Source: a virus
DNA: 64,000 nt
IMG/VR virus record: IMGVR_UViG_3300049203_000068
Coordinates: 3,339-67,338 of that record
Strand: one strand, 5' to 3'
The first letter of the stretch is position 1. Each line of letters begins with the position of its first letter. The notes under the pieces are model-generated. The model was not told where the DNA came from. It did no database searches and worked only from the letters and a program-made list of their open reading frames with translations. The position numbers were made by a program, and so were the translations under genes. Shown piece by piece: positions 28,002 through 37,598 of this stretch.

Positions 28002-29389
28002 TGCACGCCGCCATTCATTACGCTCGCTCCCGGCATCTCTTGCCCCTTCGGCGCATTGATTGCCGTTACTGCCTCAGGATCGACTTCATCGAATCCGAGA
28101 ATGATTGATCCGCCAGTAGGTAATCCGAGATAGTCAACCGCGTGGATCTTAAATAGCGCTTCGATTCCATCTTTCAGTGCGCGCAGCCAAGTTGCGAGTT
28201 CAGACATGCGCTCATCTTGATCCATCTGCTTTTCGCCGAGCGTCACTTCTTTATCCTGCTTCGCCGCTATGATTGACAGGCCCACGGCCGACATGCGCTG
28301 TTCCAGATCTGTGAGCGCTTGTCGCAAAGCATCCGTAGCGCTCGGATCGGCCGCCTCATACTTTACGTCTCCGTCCTTATCAGTCTGAACAACCGTGCCC
28401 GGACCAAGCTTTAACTTCGGCTTGTGTGCGCCCTCTGCTGTGGCCTCAGGGTTATTCAGAATCTCGCCCTTGATGTGCAGGATTGGCACCAGCATGCGTA
28501 GTTGACAGTTCAGATCCGACCATTGCTGCCAGTGCCCGATATTCAAATATGCGAGGTCAAGGAGAGGAGGATCGGACTCCATGAATGCTTTACGCCGCGA
28601 ATAAATCGTGACTAAAGGAATTCTGCTTAGTGCAGTAGATCCGCCGTCTTTCTTTACGAGGTCTTTGCCTTTTTCGATCTCTTCATAAAGCGTCCACTCC
28701 ATCGGCCCGTAAATGGCGGGGGAATCGTCCGTCTTAGGCGAGATCACGATCAACCTTAGAACCCTGTAGCGAGTTACTTCTTTCTCGCCAAACTCGCCAT
28801 CGTCTTCAGTTGCTGATTCAATAAGCGTGACTTGCGTCAGAACCTTTTCGCCGTTGATGCGAGCTGACTTCCAGTTGATCGCTTCATCCTTGCGATACTT
28901 GGTCCAATAGGGACGACGGCCTGAAACCTGATCATCTAACGCGGTTGGGGTCGGAGAGAGTGAGGTGATCGATCTCGTGGCGGGCTTTTGCATGTCTACG
29001 AGTACATGCGCATGACCGTCATTAATTACGTCTCGAAAGAGTTCTTTTGCAAATACATCTAAATGGTTCCCTGCAAGATCAATATCTTCAACATGTGCTT
29101 TTAGCTGCGTTGGAACATCCGGCTCAAGTTCGGGATTGCGCTTCAGAGCCATGCCGATTAGCCCCTCGCGTACCTTTACGAAGGTATTGAACAGCAGTGA
29201 GCGTGAGAGTCGAACCTCATAAGCCTGGATTGACTCGCCAGCCTCCATTGGCAGATATGTACCGCCGCGTTCCCGTAACCGCTCCGTACCGGCAGCGAGG
29301 TCTCGGACTACAGTTAGCGACTTAGCTTGCCGTTCGGTAGCAGCGTTTCGGAATGCGGGTGAGTTGACTTCGTTTGGAGTTGTGGCCAT
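27998..29389 (-). CDS. portal protein (DUF4055-like)
   Basis: YLPMEAGES..AYEVRL, IDLAGN, PPLLDLAYLNIGHWQ. Confidence 0.88.
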   Translation of the reverse strand: MATTPNEVNSPAFRNAATERQAKSLTVVRDLAAGTERLRERGGTYLPMEAGESIQAYEVRLSRSLLFNTFVKVREGLIGMALKRNPELEPDVPTQLKAHVEDIDLAGNHLDVFAKELFRDVINDGHAHVLVDMQKPATRSITSLSPTPTALDDQVSGRRPYWTKYRKDEAINWKSARINGEKVLTQVTLIESATEDDGEFGEKEVTRYRVLRLIVISPKTDDSPAIYGPMEWTLYEEIEKGKDLVKKDGGSTALSRIPLVTIYSRRKAFMESDPPLLDLAYLNIGHWQQWSDLNCQLRMLVPILHIKGEILNNPEATAEGAHKPKLKLGPGTVVQTDKDGDVKYEAADPSATDALRQALTDLEQRMSAVGLSIIAAKQDKEVTLGEKQMDQDERMSELATWLRALKDGIEALFKIHAVDYLGLPTGGSIILGFDEVDPEAVTAINAPKGQEMPGASVMNGGVQ

Positions 29390-29445
29390 TCACGGAAGAG
29401 AATAACTAGAAATGCAGGTTTATTTCGTGGAAGTCCTCGACCGGC

Positions 29446-31059
29446 TTACCCTAATATCCTTCCCACTACTACAACCTGCCCATGTTTCGGCGGATCGTAA
29501 AACGCTAAATTTGAGCCATCCGCTAGATCCGGTGAGTATCCCAATCGCTTTTTCATCGTCGCCTTATCCTCAACAACCTTCTGCCCTGGTGCTTTGTACT
29601 TTGGTGCTGACAACTCACGTTCTAATCGTTCTCGAATGTCCTTCCTGAGCCGCGAAAGATCAAGTCGCTTCGTCCGTGCGCGCTCACGCTGATCAAACCA
29701 CAGTTCTGAGCGGACATTTTTATACTGCTCTTCGTCCTTTGCCTTGGCACTTGAATTAACCGGAATCGCGTTATAGCCCCAGCTCTTTAAGAGGTCACAT
29801 GGCCCGGCCCCTAATCCGCCCGTTACATCCACTTTTATGCGAAGTGTCTTTGCGAGTCTTTCGTTTTCTTCGGTCGACAAGCCAGGCTTGAAGTTACGGG
29901 CCGCTTCGAGGGCGTCATCGCGGCACGCTGTTGCGACCTCAACCGTGTCCATCTTGCGAATCTCGCGACCCTTCAACAAGCACGGGCCACGGCGCACAAA
30001 AATCGTTGTCCGGTCATCACCAAACCTTGCTGGGTCACAGCCCAACTCTGGAACGTCAGTGTCAGCGGGCTCGAGTACCGGCTGGTGCTTCAACCATGTT
30101 TTAGGAATAACCTGCTGATCCGCCTGTGTTGGGAACTCGCCCAGTACGCGGCCCTGAAAGTACGCCGTGGGCATGTACTCCCATTTCTCCTCCAGATTTG
30201 CGGTCGTACCTTCAAGTGCGTTCTTTATCTCAGGTAAAGACACGAACGGAAATGAATCCTCCGAAGGCTTATCAACCAACTCGCACTCTTTTTCCAACAT
30301 TTCATACAGCCACAGCAGCCGAACCGCGTCAGGGAACGGCGGTCTTTCCCCTCGCAGTTCCGCAACGATGTTCGGATGATTTAGCGCAGAGATCGAAAGC
30401 GTGTTGTAGAGTGAAGACTCTGAGGCTAACCCAAACTCCGTCGCTTCATCCGTCGGGTTGCCGATCGCAAACACTCGGTTATCTGGATGCGTCATCAGAC
30501 CACCGACCGCATCCCAAATGTATTTCGGAACACCAACGCCTTCCTCGATCACGATCAGGATAGGCGCTGAATGCTCGCCTTGAAAACCTTCGCCCTTCTC
30601 CGCATTCAGAGCTCGAACATAATGCTCGCCTTCTTTCAATTTGTCGGCATCACGGATTATTCCAGTATCCAGGATTATTCCGGGCAAGCCTTTAGCCCGA
30701 CGCAGTGTTTTTAGTTGTTTGAATGTAAGCCCGAGCGCCTGTGGCCACGTTGGCGCTGTGATATACCCGATATGCTTCGACCAACAGTCGTACCACCACG
30801 AAGTAGCAACTGCGGCTGTAAAGGTCTTTCCTACCGCATGCGAGGCTTTGACCAGCGTTCGGCGCTTATCCAAAACGCTTTGCAGCATCTCATCCTGATC
30901 CGGAGTGAGGGAAACACCAAGGACCTCTTTGGCGTAGGCTTGTGGGCGGGTTTGATATTTGGCGAGCGGATTAGTGAACTGTCTCGCTCGGAGTTTCGCC
31001 AGCGCCTGCCTCTTGATCGGCTCCGGCCACTCGCGCCAGTTCTCGCTCAAGGGCTGCAT
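29446..31059 (-). CDS. terL: terminase large subunit
   Basis: ASHAVGKT Walker A; VIEEG Walker B; GCDPARFGDD and SPDLADG nuclease motifs. Confidence 0.93.
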   Translation of the reverse strand: MQPLSENWREWPEPIKRQALAKLRARQFTNPLAKYQTRPQAYAKEVLGVSLTPDQDEMLQSVLDKRRTLVKASHAVGKTFTAAVATSWWYDCWSKHIGYITAPTWPQALGLTFKQLKTLRRAKGLPGIILDTGIIRDADKLKEGEHYVRALNAEKGEGFQGEHSAPILIVIEEGVGVPKYIWDAVGGLMTHPDNRVFAIGNPTDEATEFGLASESSLYNTLSISALNHPNIVAELRGERPPFPDAVRLLWLYEMLEKECELVDKPSEDSFPFVSLPEIKNALEGTTANLEEKWEYMPTAYFQGRVLGEFPTQADQQVIPKTWLKHQPVLEPADTDVPELGCDPARFGDDRTTIFVRRGPCLLKGREIRKMDTVEVATACRDDALEAARNFKPGLSTEENERLAKTLRIKVDVTGGLGAGPCDLLKSWGYNAIPVNSSAKAKDEEQYKNVRSELWFDQRERARTKRLDLSRLRKDIRERLERELSAPKYKAPGQKVVEDKATMKKRLGYSPDLADGSNLAFYDPPKHGQVVVVGRILG

Positions 31060-31582
31060 CTAAATCCTCCGGCTGAACAATTTCGAGTTTGTCAACAAAC
31101 AGTTTGTGGTACTTACCGAGATCCACATGCGCTCCGTGCGCGTTGTGCAACTCCAGTTTTGTGAGTTTACCTGTGTCTTTGTCGAAGGCCATACTTTTAA
31201 TTAACCGGGACACACCGCGCCTCTTGGCGCTTGCGAGGTCAAAAGTTCCGTCTAACTCAAAAACCTCAGCAATGTCTGCATCTGCTATCCGGGTTAAGCC
31301 GACCAGTACTTCGGTCGCGCTCAGTATCTTACCTTTTGCCGCTCTTTCGGCGTCCGCGCGTAGTTCGGCTATAAATCGCGAGACATTAAGTTTTATTAAG
31401 TTCTGTGACGCTATCACGGCGAGTGTCAAACCCGCGCCTTTGTAGCCGGCTAACCTTGCGGCCTCAGCGCCGTTTCCATTCGCTTCCCCAACAAAAGCGA
31501 GGCAAAACTTCCGCTGTTTGAGCGTGAGACGTACCAGGTCTCCACCCGGTGGACGACCCTCATTTCTATTAACCTTTTTCAC
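30971..31582 (-). CDS. terS: terminase small subunit
   Basis: LTLKQRKFC...NGAEAARLAGY...ASQNL...LGKYHKLFVDK. Confidence 0.9.
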   Translation of the reverse strand: MKKVNRNEGRPPGGDLVRLTLKQRKFCLAFVGEANGNGAEAARLAGYKGAGLTLAVIASQNLIKLNVSRFIAELRADAERAAKGKILSATEVLVGLTRIADADIAEVFELDGTFDLASAKRRGVSRLIKSMAFDKDTGKLTKLELHNAHGAHVDLGKYHKLFVDKLEIVQPEDLDAALERELARVAGADQEAGAGETPSETVH

Positions 31583-31650
31583 TTTTCCTCAGTTCTGCTT
31601 CCCGGCGTTCTTTAATCCAGGTTCAGGGCTCTTTCTTCTGTTTGGGTCAC

Positions 31651-32043
31651 TCACAAAACCATCCTATAGTCCGTTCCGTAATCCAGCGCGACTAGCTGCC
31701 CCTGATAGTATCCAAAGTTGAAATAGTAGTTATCGAAAGGCATTCCCTTTGCGCTCCAGAACTGCCATTCAACGGGACACATCGCCATTGATGCTTCTTT
31801 GCGGTACGGCTCTAGAGGCTTTGCGGGTTCGCAACGCGGCATAATGACTAATAGTCCGAATCGATCCGCAAACAAGACTGGGCACAGCTTCTCGTGACCT
31901 AATCCCCCAAAGCGCCGCTCGAGGCGATTGCAGTGAAACCCAAGACGAAACAAAACCCAGGACCACGGATAAAAGCGCGGCACTTTAAGGACGTAACGCT
32001 TAGTCAGCATTACGTTGCGCGTTGATCCCCATGTAACTTTCAC
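31651..32043 (-). CDS. minimal protein-kinase-like protein
   Basis: GSTR, VLKVP, N..E, D...NFG...VALDYG kinase-like motifs. Confidence 0.55.
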   Translation of the reverse strand: MKVTWGSTRNVMLTKRYVLKVPRFYPWSWVLFRLGFHCNRLERRFGGLGHEKLCPVLFADRFGLLVIMPRCEPAKPLEPYRKEASMAMCPVEWQFWSAKGMPFDNYYFNFGYYQGQLVALDYGTDYRMVL

Positions 32044-32192
32044 AAAATGCTTCCACGTAAGAGATACAGCAAGGTCAACGCAACCAGAGTTACAAACAAG
32101 ATTACTCGAATCGTCTCTGAGATTCGCGGCACATAACTAATCAGAATTGCCAATAGAATCAAGATCAGCACGGCAACAACAACTCCGGTCAT
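32040..32192 (-). CDS. small two-helix membrane protein (50 aa)
   Basis: MTGVVVAVLILILLAILISYVPRISETIRVILFVTLVALTLLYLLRGSIL; coupled overlaps. Confidence 0.6.
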   Translation of the reverse strand: MTGVVVAVLILILLAILISYVPRISETIRVILFVTLVALTLLYLLRGSIL

Positions 32193-33907
32193 GGCAGTTT
32201 CACTCCTGTATAAACAAATTCAGCCTTCTTTCCTGAGAGATTACGATAGAAATAGTAACCCTGTGCTCTTTGCGTCGCGGCTTGCTGATTCTGTTTTCCC
32301 TCAGTAGTTTCCCAAACAACTGTTATGCGACTGCCTACGACAGGACCGGGATCAGGAGTCGGAGAAGGCGTAGGGCTGGGCGTCGGCGTCGGAGTAGGTG
32401 TCGGAGTCGGGGTCGGGCTGGGGTCTGCAACGCTCGTTGCGCCCTCTCTCCAAGCTAAGTATCTTCCGCCCGATCGGTATGACTCGTCATATTCCTTCGC
32501 CCGAAATGACGCGAGACTTCTATAGTTATCTGCTCCGGAATAACTTGAATCAAACATCTCATCCGCTGCCGCTTGTAGTTTTGGATCGCCGGTCAGCGAA
32601 TAAGCATATGCGAGTGCGTGAATGCTCGGGTTGTTTAATTGTCGCCCTTCCGCTATCTGGCTGAGATCCGATGGAGGGAAAAGGCTAGCTACCGTTCCGC
32701 AACCATTCGTGCAGTCTGTACCGTCATTGAAACTTCCGCCAACGAAGTAGTACGTCGCACGCCAGCCATTTGGATTGTAGCCCAACGAATAAACTGCTTG
32801 AGCGCCGCGCACAATAGACTGAGCAATGTTCGAATCACCCGTCAGTCGGTGCGCTTGGATCATTCCCTCAAGCAAGATGCCAACATGAAACGGCTGCATT
32901 GTGTCGCCCACGTCGATCGCGCCGCCCCAGCGCCATGATCCGTCAGACTGCTGCATCTTCAGATAGTAATCAAGGCAAGCACTTACGGCCTTTCCTCGCA
33001 TTTCATCACGCACGACAGCGTCAGGATGTACTCGAGCAAGGTTTGACGCGTAGAGCACCGTAAAGCCGCCATCACGGACGCCGAAATAGAGGCCCGTGAA
33101 CTTCAGGCGAATCGGGGTTCCTATCCATTGCTCAAAGTGCGTGCGCACGTAGTTGGTAATCCACGGCCACATTTCAGGGCGGCCATCGAGCGCGCGCAGT
33201 ATTAGGCCGTTCAAGCTAATGTTCCGCGGCGCAAGCGAGAATTCGGCCGGCGTGCGGCCTTCGTCAATGAATGGCGCCCGCCACCAACCGTCGGCAATCT
33301 TGCGGGCGTAATCTCTGAAACGTATATCACCCGTGCGGTAGAAGTTAATCCAGTGAACGGACGCCTGGTCATAATAGTTCGTATCAATGAACGGGTTGAG
33401 TTCGTCACCTATTGTCAACACGACAGATAGTCCGCTTTGTGATGGCTGCCCCCATGACTCGGAAGATTCATTCCCCCAGCGCATTGTCAATTCAAGCGAC
33501 GTGTCATCGACGACACGTTTGATGTAGTGCGAACGTAGTACGCCGGTCGTATCTCTGATCCAGAACGCTGTATCAGGCGCGTTTGTGATTACCTGTGTAA
33601 ACTTTGTGTTCGTGCCCGTGACGAGGTTCGATCCCCATTCGACCGCGACCGTACCTGTAAGTTGACGCATCGGCGGATCCATAGGGAACGCTGCGCCATG
33701 TACCAGACCGCGATCGATGGCGGTCTGATCGAACCAAGAAGCACCTGAGATTTGAGATGTTCCTGATTTACTCTGTGGGCCAATAATGAATTCAACTTCA
33801 GGAGAAGGGAAGATTACTTGTTCATCAATCATAGTTTGATTATTCCAGTTACCTGCCAGTAAGAGCGGCAATAAGATCGGGATCAAATATGCTCTGAGTT
33901 TAATCAC
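32189..33907 (-). CDS. secreted alpha/alpha-barrel glycosidase-like protein with Pro-Thr linker
   Basis: Signal-peptide-like N-terminus; repeated xxxTGD motifs (YRTGD, RLTGD, SLTGD); QQSDGSW; (PT)n linker. Confidence 0.6.
   Translation of the reverse strand: MIKLRAYLIPILLPLLLAGNWNNQTMIDEQVIFPSPEVEFIIGPQSKSGTSQISGASWFDQTAIDRGLVHGAAFPMDPPMRQLTGTVAVEWGSNLVTGTNTKFTQVITNAPDTAFWIRDTTGVLRSHYIKRVVDDTSLELTMRWGNESSESWGQPSQSGLSVVLTIGDELNPFIDTNYYDQASVHWINFYRTGDIRFRDYARKIADGWWRAPFIDEGRTPAEFSLAPRNISLNGLILRALDGRPEMWPWITNYVRTHFEQWIGTPIRLKFTGLYFGVRDGGFTVLYASNLARVHPDAVVRDEMRGKAVSACLDYYLKMQQSDGSWRWGGAIDVGDTMQPFHVGILLEGMIQAHRLTGDSNIAQSIVRGAQAVYSLGYNPNGWRATYYFVGGSFNDGTDCTNGCGTVASLFPPSDLSQIAEGRQLNNPSIHALAYAYSLTGDPKLQAAADEMFDSSYSGADNYRSLASFRAKEYDESYRSGGRYLAWREGATSVADPSPTPTPTPTPTPTPSPTPSPTPDPGPVVGSRITVVWETTEGKQNQQAATQRAQGYYFYRNLSGKKAEFVYTGVKLP
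32345..32425. repeat. 6-bp-period repeat encoding the Pro-Thr/Ser linker
   Basis: (GGNGTN)n-like tract encoding PSPTPTPTPTPTPTPSPTPSPTPDP. Confidence 0.8.
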
Positions 33908-33988
33908 CTAATGAGTTATCACCACCAAGACAAGAAAGAGCCACAAAGCCCCAACTGAGGTTAATCCGACAAACACATTCTTGGGCAT

Positions 33989-34459
33989 TCAGGCATCCCC
34001 TTTAACCGAGGTTTCGCTGGAACTCGGCGGCTTGATCTTGTCCAGTTGCTCCAGCGTTACTCCCAGTTCAATCGCCGCCTGCAACCTCTTGATATAGTGA
34101 GCATCCACTTTTCTTCGATCTTCCTGTTTTGCCAGCTCGAGTCGTAATTGACGCAACTCAAAATCCGCGTTGTCTCTGTCTGCGTTTGCTGCGTCTCTCT
34201 CCGTTCGTAGCCGATCATTTGTATTTAATGCAGTCTCCAATCGATCCATCATCCGCATCATTGACTCACCGGCGGTTGAGTGGGAACGAATCGTTATCTC
34301 AGTAGCTTCAGCCTCCGTCTTACGCGCTTCAAAAAATGGCCTTCTGCGGTTCTGCCACAACTCGTAAATCTTGAAAATACCTCCACCTATTCCGAGGGTT
34401 AAGCCGGTTCTTATAAGCTCGAAGGCCCAGTGAGGAAGTGCTGTTTGCGTATCCTGCAT
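33989..34459 (-). CDS. membrane-anchored coiled-coil protein (lysis-associated?)
   Basis: N-terminal hydrophobic segment followed by coiled coil. Confidence 0.6.
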   Translation of the reverse strand: MQDTQTALPHWAFELIRTGLTLGIGGGIFKIYELWQNRRRPFFEARKTEAEATEITIRSHSTAGESMMRMMDRLETALNTNDRLRTERDAANADRDNADFELRQLRLELAKQEDRRKVDAHYIKRLQAAIELGVTLEQLDKIKPPSSSETSVKGDA

Positions 34460-34462
34460 TTA

Positions 34463-34927
34463 TCATGCGCTCGCAGACCTTGCTACTTGTTCGATCTTCG
34501 CCTGCAGTAACTCCCACTCACTGAGGCGAAAACTTACTATCTCCAACTTTCTCGCTTGATATTGGCGCTGCGCTCTCCCATCCAGTGCAGGCCAAACCTC
34601 AGATCCAAATGCTACAGTTTCCGGCGGTAACGGAGATCTCCACGGCACCCGCTTAACCGCCCCACCTTCGCAGTTAGCATCGTGCCAAGCATCTACCTCG
34701 TTTGGGTGCGCAACTCTTAACTCGATGTTGTGAAAGTCAGTCTTGGGCGTGTCTTCATCATCACTCGCGGCGAAGCCGTAATGTTGGTTCACCCAGCGCA
34801 TGAAGGCATAACATGCTCGCAGACCGAACTTCACCCAATCCGGCATCGGAAAGGTGCGCATCGGCTTGCGCTGAACGGTGATATATATCTCCTCCAGCGA
34901 TTCGCATACGCAGCGCTGAGAGTCCAT
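34463..34927 (-). CDS. hypothetical protein
   Basis: Likely start MDSQRC; upstream part overlaps a 49-aa Pro/Glu-rich ORF (34932-35081). Confidence 0.55.
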   Translation of the reverse strand: MDSQRCVCESLEEIYITVQRKPMRTFPMPDWVKFGLRACYAFMRWVNQHYGFAASDDEDTPKTDFHNIELRVAHPNEVDAWHDANCEGGAVKRVPWRSPLPPETVAFGSEVWPALDGRAQRQYQARKLEIVSFRLSEWELLQAKIEQVARSASA

Positions 34928-35198
34928 TCCTTTAGGGTTGCTTGCCGGGACCAATTGGATCGCCCCCTCCCGGATCTGTTGGCGTCGGCTCTTCGCTGTC
35001 CTGTGTTGTTGGTGCAGATGGTTTCGACTCTTCAGGACTCTCCGGCTGTTCGTGCTCATTGGGTTTCTCGTTCTCTTCCATTGACTTTCTCCAAGCGAGT
35101 AAGTTCAAATCCGTGCGCCTTCGTGGATACTTCTTAGCGGGAGGTCCACGAGGAGCGGTTGAGGGTGGTCACGCGAGTGCCGCCCTCGCCTCTGCTAT

Positions 35199-35561
35199 TC
35201 AAATCTGATATTCAAACCTGATCATCCGCAGCAGCCCTTGTGCTTTAAGGCGCTCTTCCTCACTGTCTGTGCGAGACTCCAGTTTTTGTACTCTCGCCAC
35301 CAGTTCAACCAATTCATCCTTTTCAATCGTGCCCTTTATGTACCTCAAAAGCAGATCATCGATCCCGAGGTGATCCGTGGGACTATGTAGGCCCATCGCG
35401 GTGACGAACTTGACCTGCGGCCAGATCACCGTCATCTGCGTTTCCAGTGCTGTTACCTTGCGCGAGATCGAGAATGCAAACCCGAACGCTGCGCCCCCGA
35501 GCGTAACCGCCAGCGCTGCGAAGAAACTGGCGACAGCCATTAGTATGTTTGCGGTGCTCAA
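35199..35561 (-). CDS. holin-like membrane protein
   Basis: N-terminal TM segment; lysis region. Confidence 0.5.
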   Translation of the reverse strand: MSTANILMAVASFFAALAVTLGGAAFGFAFSISRKVTALETQMTVIWPQVKFVTAMGLHSPTDHLGIDDLLLRYIKGTIEKDELVELVARVQKLESRTDSEEERLKAQGLLRMIRFEYQI

Positions 35562-35980
35562 CCATTTTTCCTTCGCAGCACAGCCAGGGTAAGGACACCC
35601 TTACTGGCGTGAATGACCGGCGATAAGTGGATCGTTACCGGAATTTCCGCCCCGCCGGAATCAACCGCCCAAAGTTCCAACCCGCTGCCCATTTCCCGCT
35701 TCACCGGGTTCATGTAGTACTTCTTGAAATGCTCATCGTGTGCGGCGTGAAACCTGTCGGGCAGCAGGATTGACAACGGCTTGCCTACAAGCTCATCGCG
35801 CTCGCGGATAAAAAAGATCTGCGCCTTGTCGTTGACCCGCTCAATCAATCCTTCTCTGTTGACGATGATCGCCGGGTCAGGCAGGTCAAGAAAGATCCGG
35901 CGGTTAAACCGCTCTTCTTCTTCCAGTCGTTCGAGAATATGACTCGGGGGGTCAAGCCCCTCTAGCCTATCATCCGGCAT
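35558..35980 (-). CDS. stand-alone PAS domain protein (FixL-like)
   Basis: PDPAIIVNREGLIERVN...LVGKPLSILLP...H...REMGSGLEL...GAEIPVTIHLSP. Confidence 0.85.
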   Translation of the reverse strand: MPDDRLEGLDPPSHILERLEEEERFNRRIFLDLPDPAIIVNREGLIERVNDKAQIFFIRERDELVGKPLSILLPDRFHAAHDEHFKKYYMNPVKREMGSGLELWAVDSGGAEIPVTIHLSPVIHASKGVLTLAVLRRKNG

Positions 35981-36126
35981 ACGGTTCTCCCGACGGAATT
36001 ATGTTTAGATCTGCTACTCGTTTTCTCAACCCAGGACACCTTTCTTTACAAAGATCCAATACAAAGCAGCTGCTCCTACTAAAGAGCCGATGAAACCGAT
36101 CAATAAGTCAATGAAGTAGTGCATCG

Positions 36127-36696
36127 CTATCTCTTAATCACCGCTACAAGAATTCCGGCGACCGTGAGAATAGTTCCCAGCGTGGCCGTGCGCGCGTTGG
36201 CCTTGTCAACCTTCTTCTCCAGGACATCGACGCGCTTCATTGCCATATCAACCATTGTCTGCAACGTAGCGATCGCGCGTTCATAAGTCGCAATCAGCCC
36301 TTGCTGCTGTTGAATTGCCTTTTCTCCAATTGCCAGCGTCCGCTCAAAAGCTGCGCGTTCCTTTGCGCCTGCCGCTATTGCATCGTTCGCCGCCTTGATG
36401 GCCTTTTCCTGCTCCTCAATAGCCACCGCCGCCGCCGCCAGTTGCCTCTTGAGGTTCGCAATGTCATCAAGCGCTGCGCTAACCGCTCGCTTGAGTTGGC
36501 ACCTCTCAGAGAGATCATTGTCCGCACACGGCTGTGATTGTTGCGGCAGAGGCGTTGATGGCCTTGGCCCTTGCGCACAAATCCTCTGTTGTAACGTTGT
36601 CAGTAGGAGTATGCACAGGATCATCCGCCACGGCTTTTTTGAACTCAGCAACCTTTTCTGCGGCTGTCTTTGATTGATCATTAAATACCTTTTCAA
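36127..36696 (-). CDS. spanin-like coiled-coil protein (start uncertain)
   Basis: Overlaps the Rz-like gene; coiled coil; C-terminal hydrophobic helix. Confidence 0.5.
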   Translation of the reverse strand: MKRYLMINQRQPQKRLLSSKKPWRMILCILLLTTLQQRICAQGPRPSTPLPQQSQPCADNDLSERCQLKRAVSAALDDIANLKRQLAAAAVAIEEQEKAIKAANDAIAAGAKERAAFERTLAIGEKAIQQQQGLIATYERAIATLQTMVDMAMKRVDVLEKKVDKANARTATLGTILTVAGILVAVIKR

Positions 36697-36991
36697 GTCT
36701 GTTCTTCTCGGCCTTCACGGAAGTTAATTCCTGTTTGGATTGCGCAAGCTCGAGCAGTGTCTTGTCGATCTCTTTCTTCTGTTCGGTGGCGCTATCGAGT
36801 TCCTTTTGTAACTCCCTGCCCTGCCATGACATCTTTGTGGCAAACCACGTGTTTCCGAGAGCGTTTAATATGCCGGCCGACTTGTACCAAATAAAGAATC
36901 CCAGAATCAGAACCATGCCAACTGAGAGCGGAATCGTGATTAAGGCATTTGCCTTGAACCACTTCCCAAAACTGTTGATCGCGTAATTCAT
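36515..36991 (-). CDS. Rz-like inner spanin
   Basis: N-terminal TM segment, coiled coil, C-terminal Cys; near endolysin. Confidence 0.55.
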   Translation of the reverse strand: MNYAINSFGKWFKANALITIPLSVGMVLILGFFIWYKSAGILNALGNTWFATKMSWQGRELQKELDSATEQKKEIDKTLLELAQSKQELTSVKAEKNRLEKVFNDQSKTAAEKVAEFKKAVADDPVHTPTDNVTTEDLCARAKAINASAATITAVCGQ

Positions 36992-37180
36992 CTATTTATT
37001 TCGCTTCGCTAGATTGCGGTGAAACTGTTCCTGCTGCTCCGCGACCGTCTCAGGCCGCCGACTGGTTTTTGATTCACTCAAGTGAAACTTCTGTCCGCAG
37101 GCATCACAGACAATCTGGACGTGGTCACTATCAAAGAAGTCGTGGCCACAGTTAGGGCAGATGATGTGGTTGAGTCTCAT
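36992..37180 (-). CDS. Zn-ribbon protein
   Basis: CPNC...CDAC. Confidence 0.55.
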   Translation of the reverse strand: MRLNHIICPNCGHDFFDSDHVQIVCDACGQKFHLSESKTSRRPETVAEQQEQFHRNLAKRNK

Positions 37181-37184
37181 CACT

Positions 37185-37463
37185 TCACGCGCCAGCGGTT
37201 TGACTTTTCTCCGTTTCACTTTCGGCTGGCGTGAAGTCCACGAAGAACTCATGCCCTTGCGAGAGTTTGTTCATAGCATCCGGGTTGTTAATGGTGATCG
37301 AGAACTGAGCACTTGGCGTCTACTTAGACCACTGCGCGTTGTCGGTCCCATCCGCGCCGTACACTGCGGTTAGTTTTACTTCTTCTTGCGTTGTTTCGCC
37401 TTTTTCGCATTTGTAATGCGCTACTGACTGCACACGCATCTTGCATCGTAAAATTCCTGACAT
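37185..37463 (-). pseudogene. small phage protein interrupted by an in-frame TAG at 37320-37322
   Basis: 47 codons, TAG, then 44 codons in frame (TPSAQFSITINNPDA...GHEFFVDFTPA); GGAG RBS. Confidence 0.65.
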
Positions 37464-37598
37464 TGGTTTTACTCCCTTTAGAATTTGCTTAACCATCTTG
37501 TCGATTGCCTCTGTTCGTTCTTCTTCAAAGCGGGCCCAGTCTTCTTCCGTAGGGCCAAAGCGGATGTGGTCAATATCGCCGCGGCAATCCATGAACCC

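Noticed and set aside
32345-32425. GGNGTN-rich tract as a second guide array
   Set aside because: The period is 6, not 5, and it is explained by the Pro-Thr linker codons on the minus strand.
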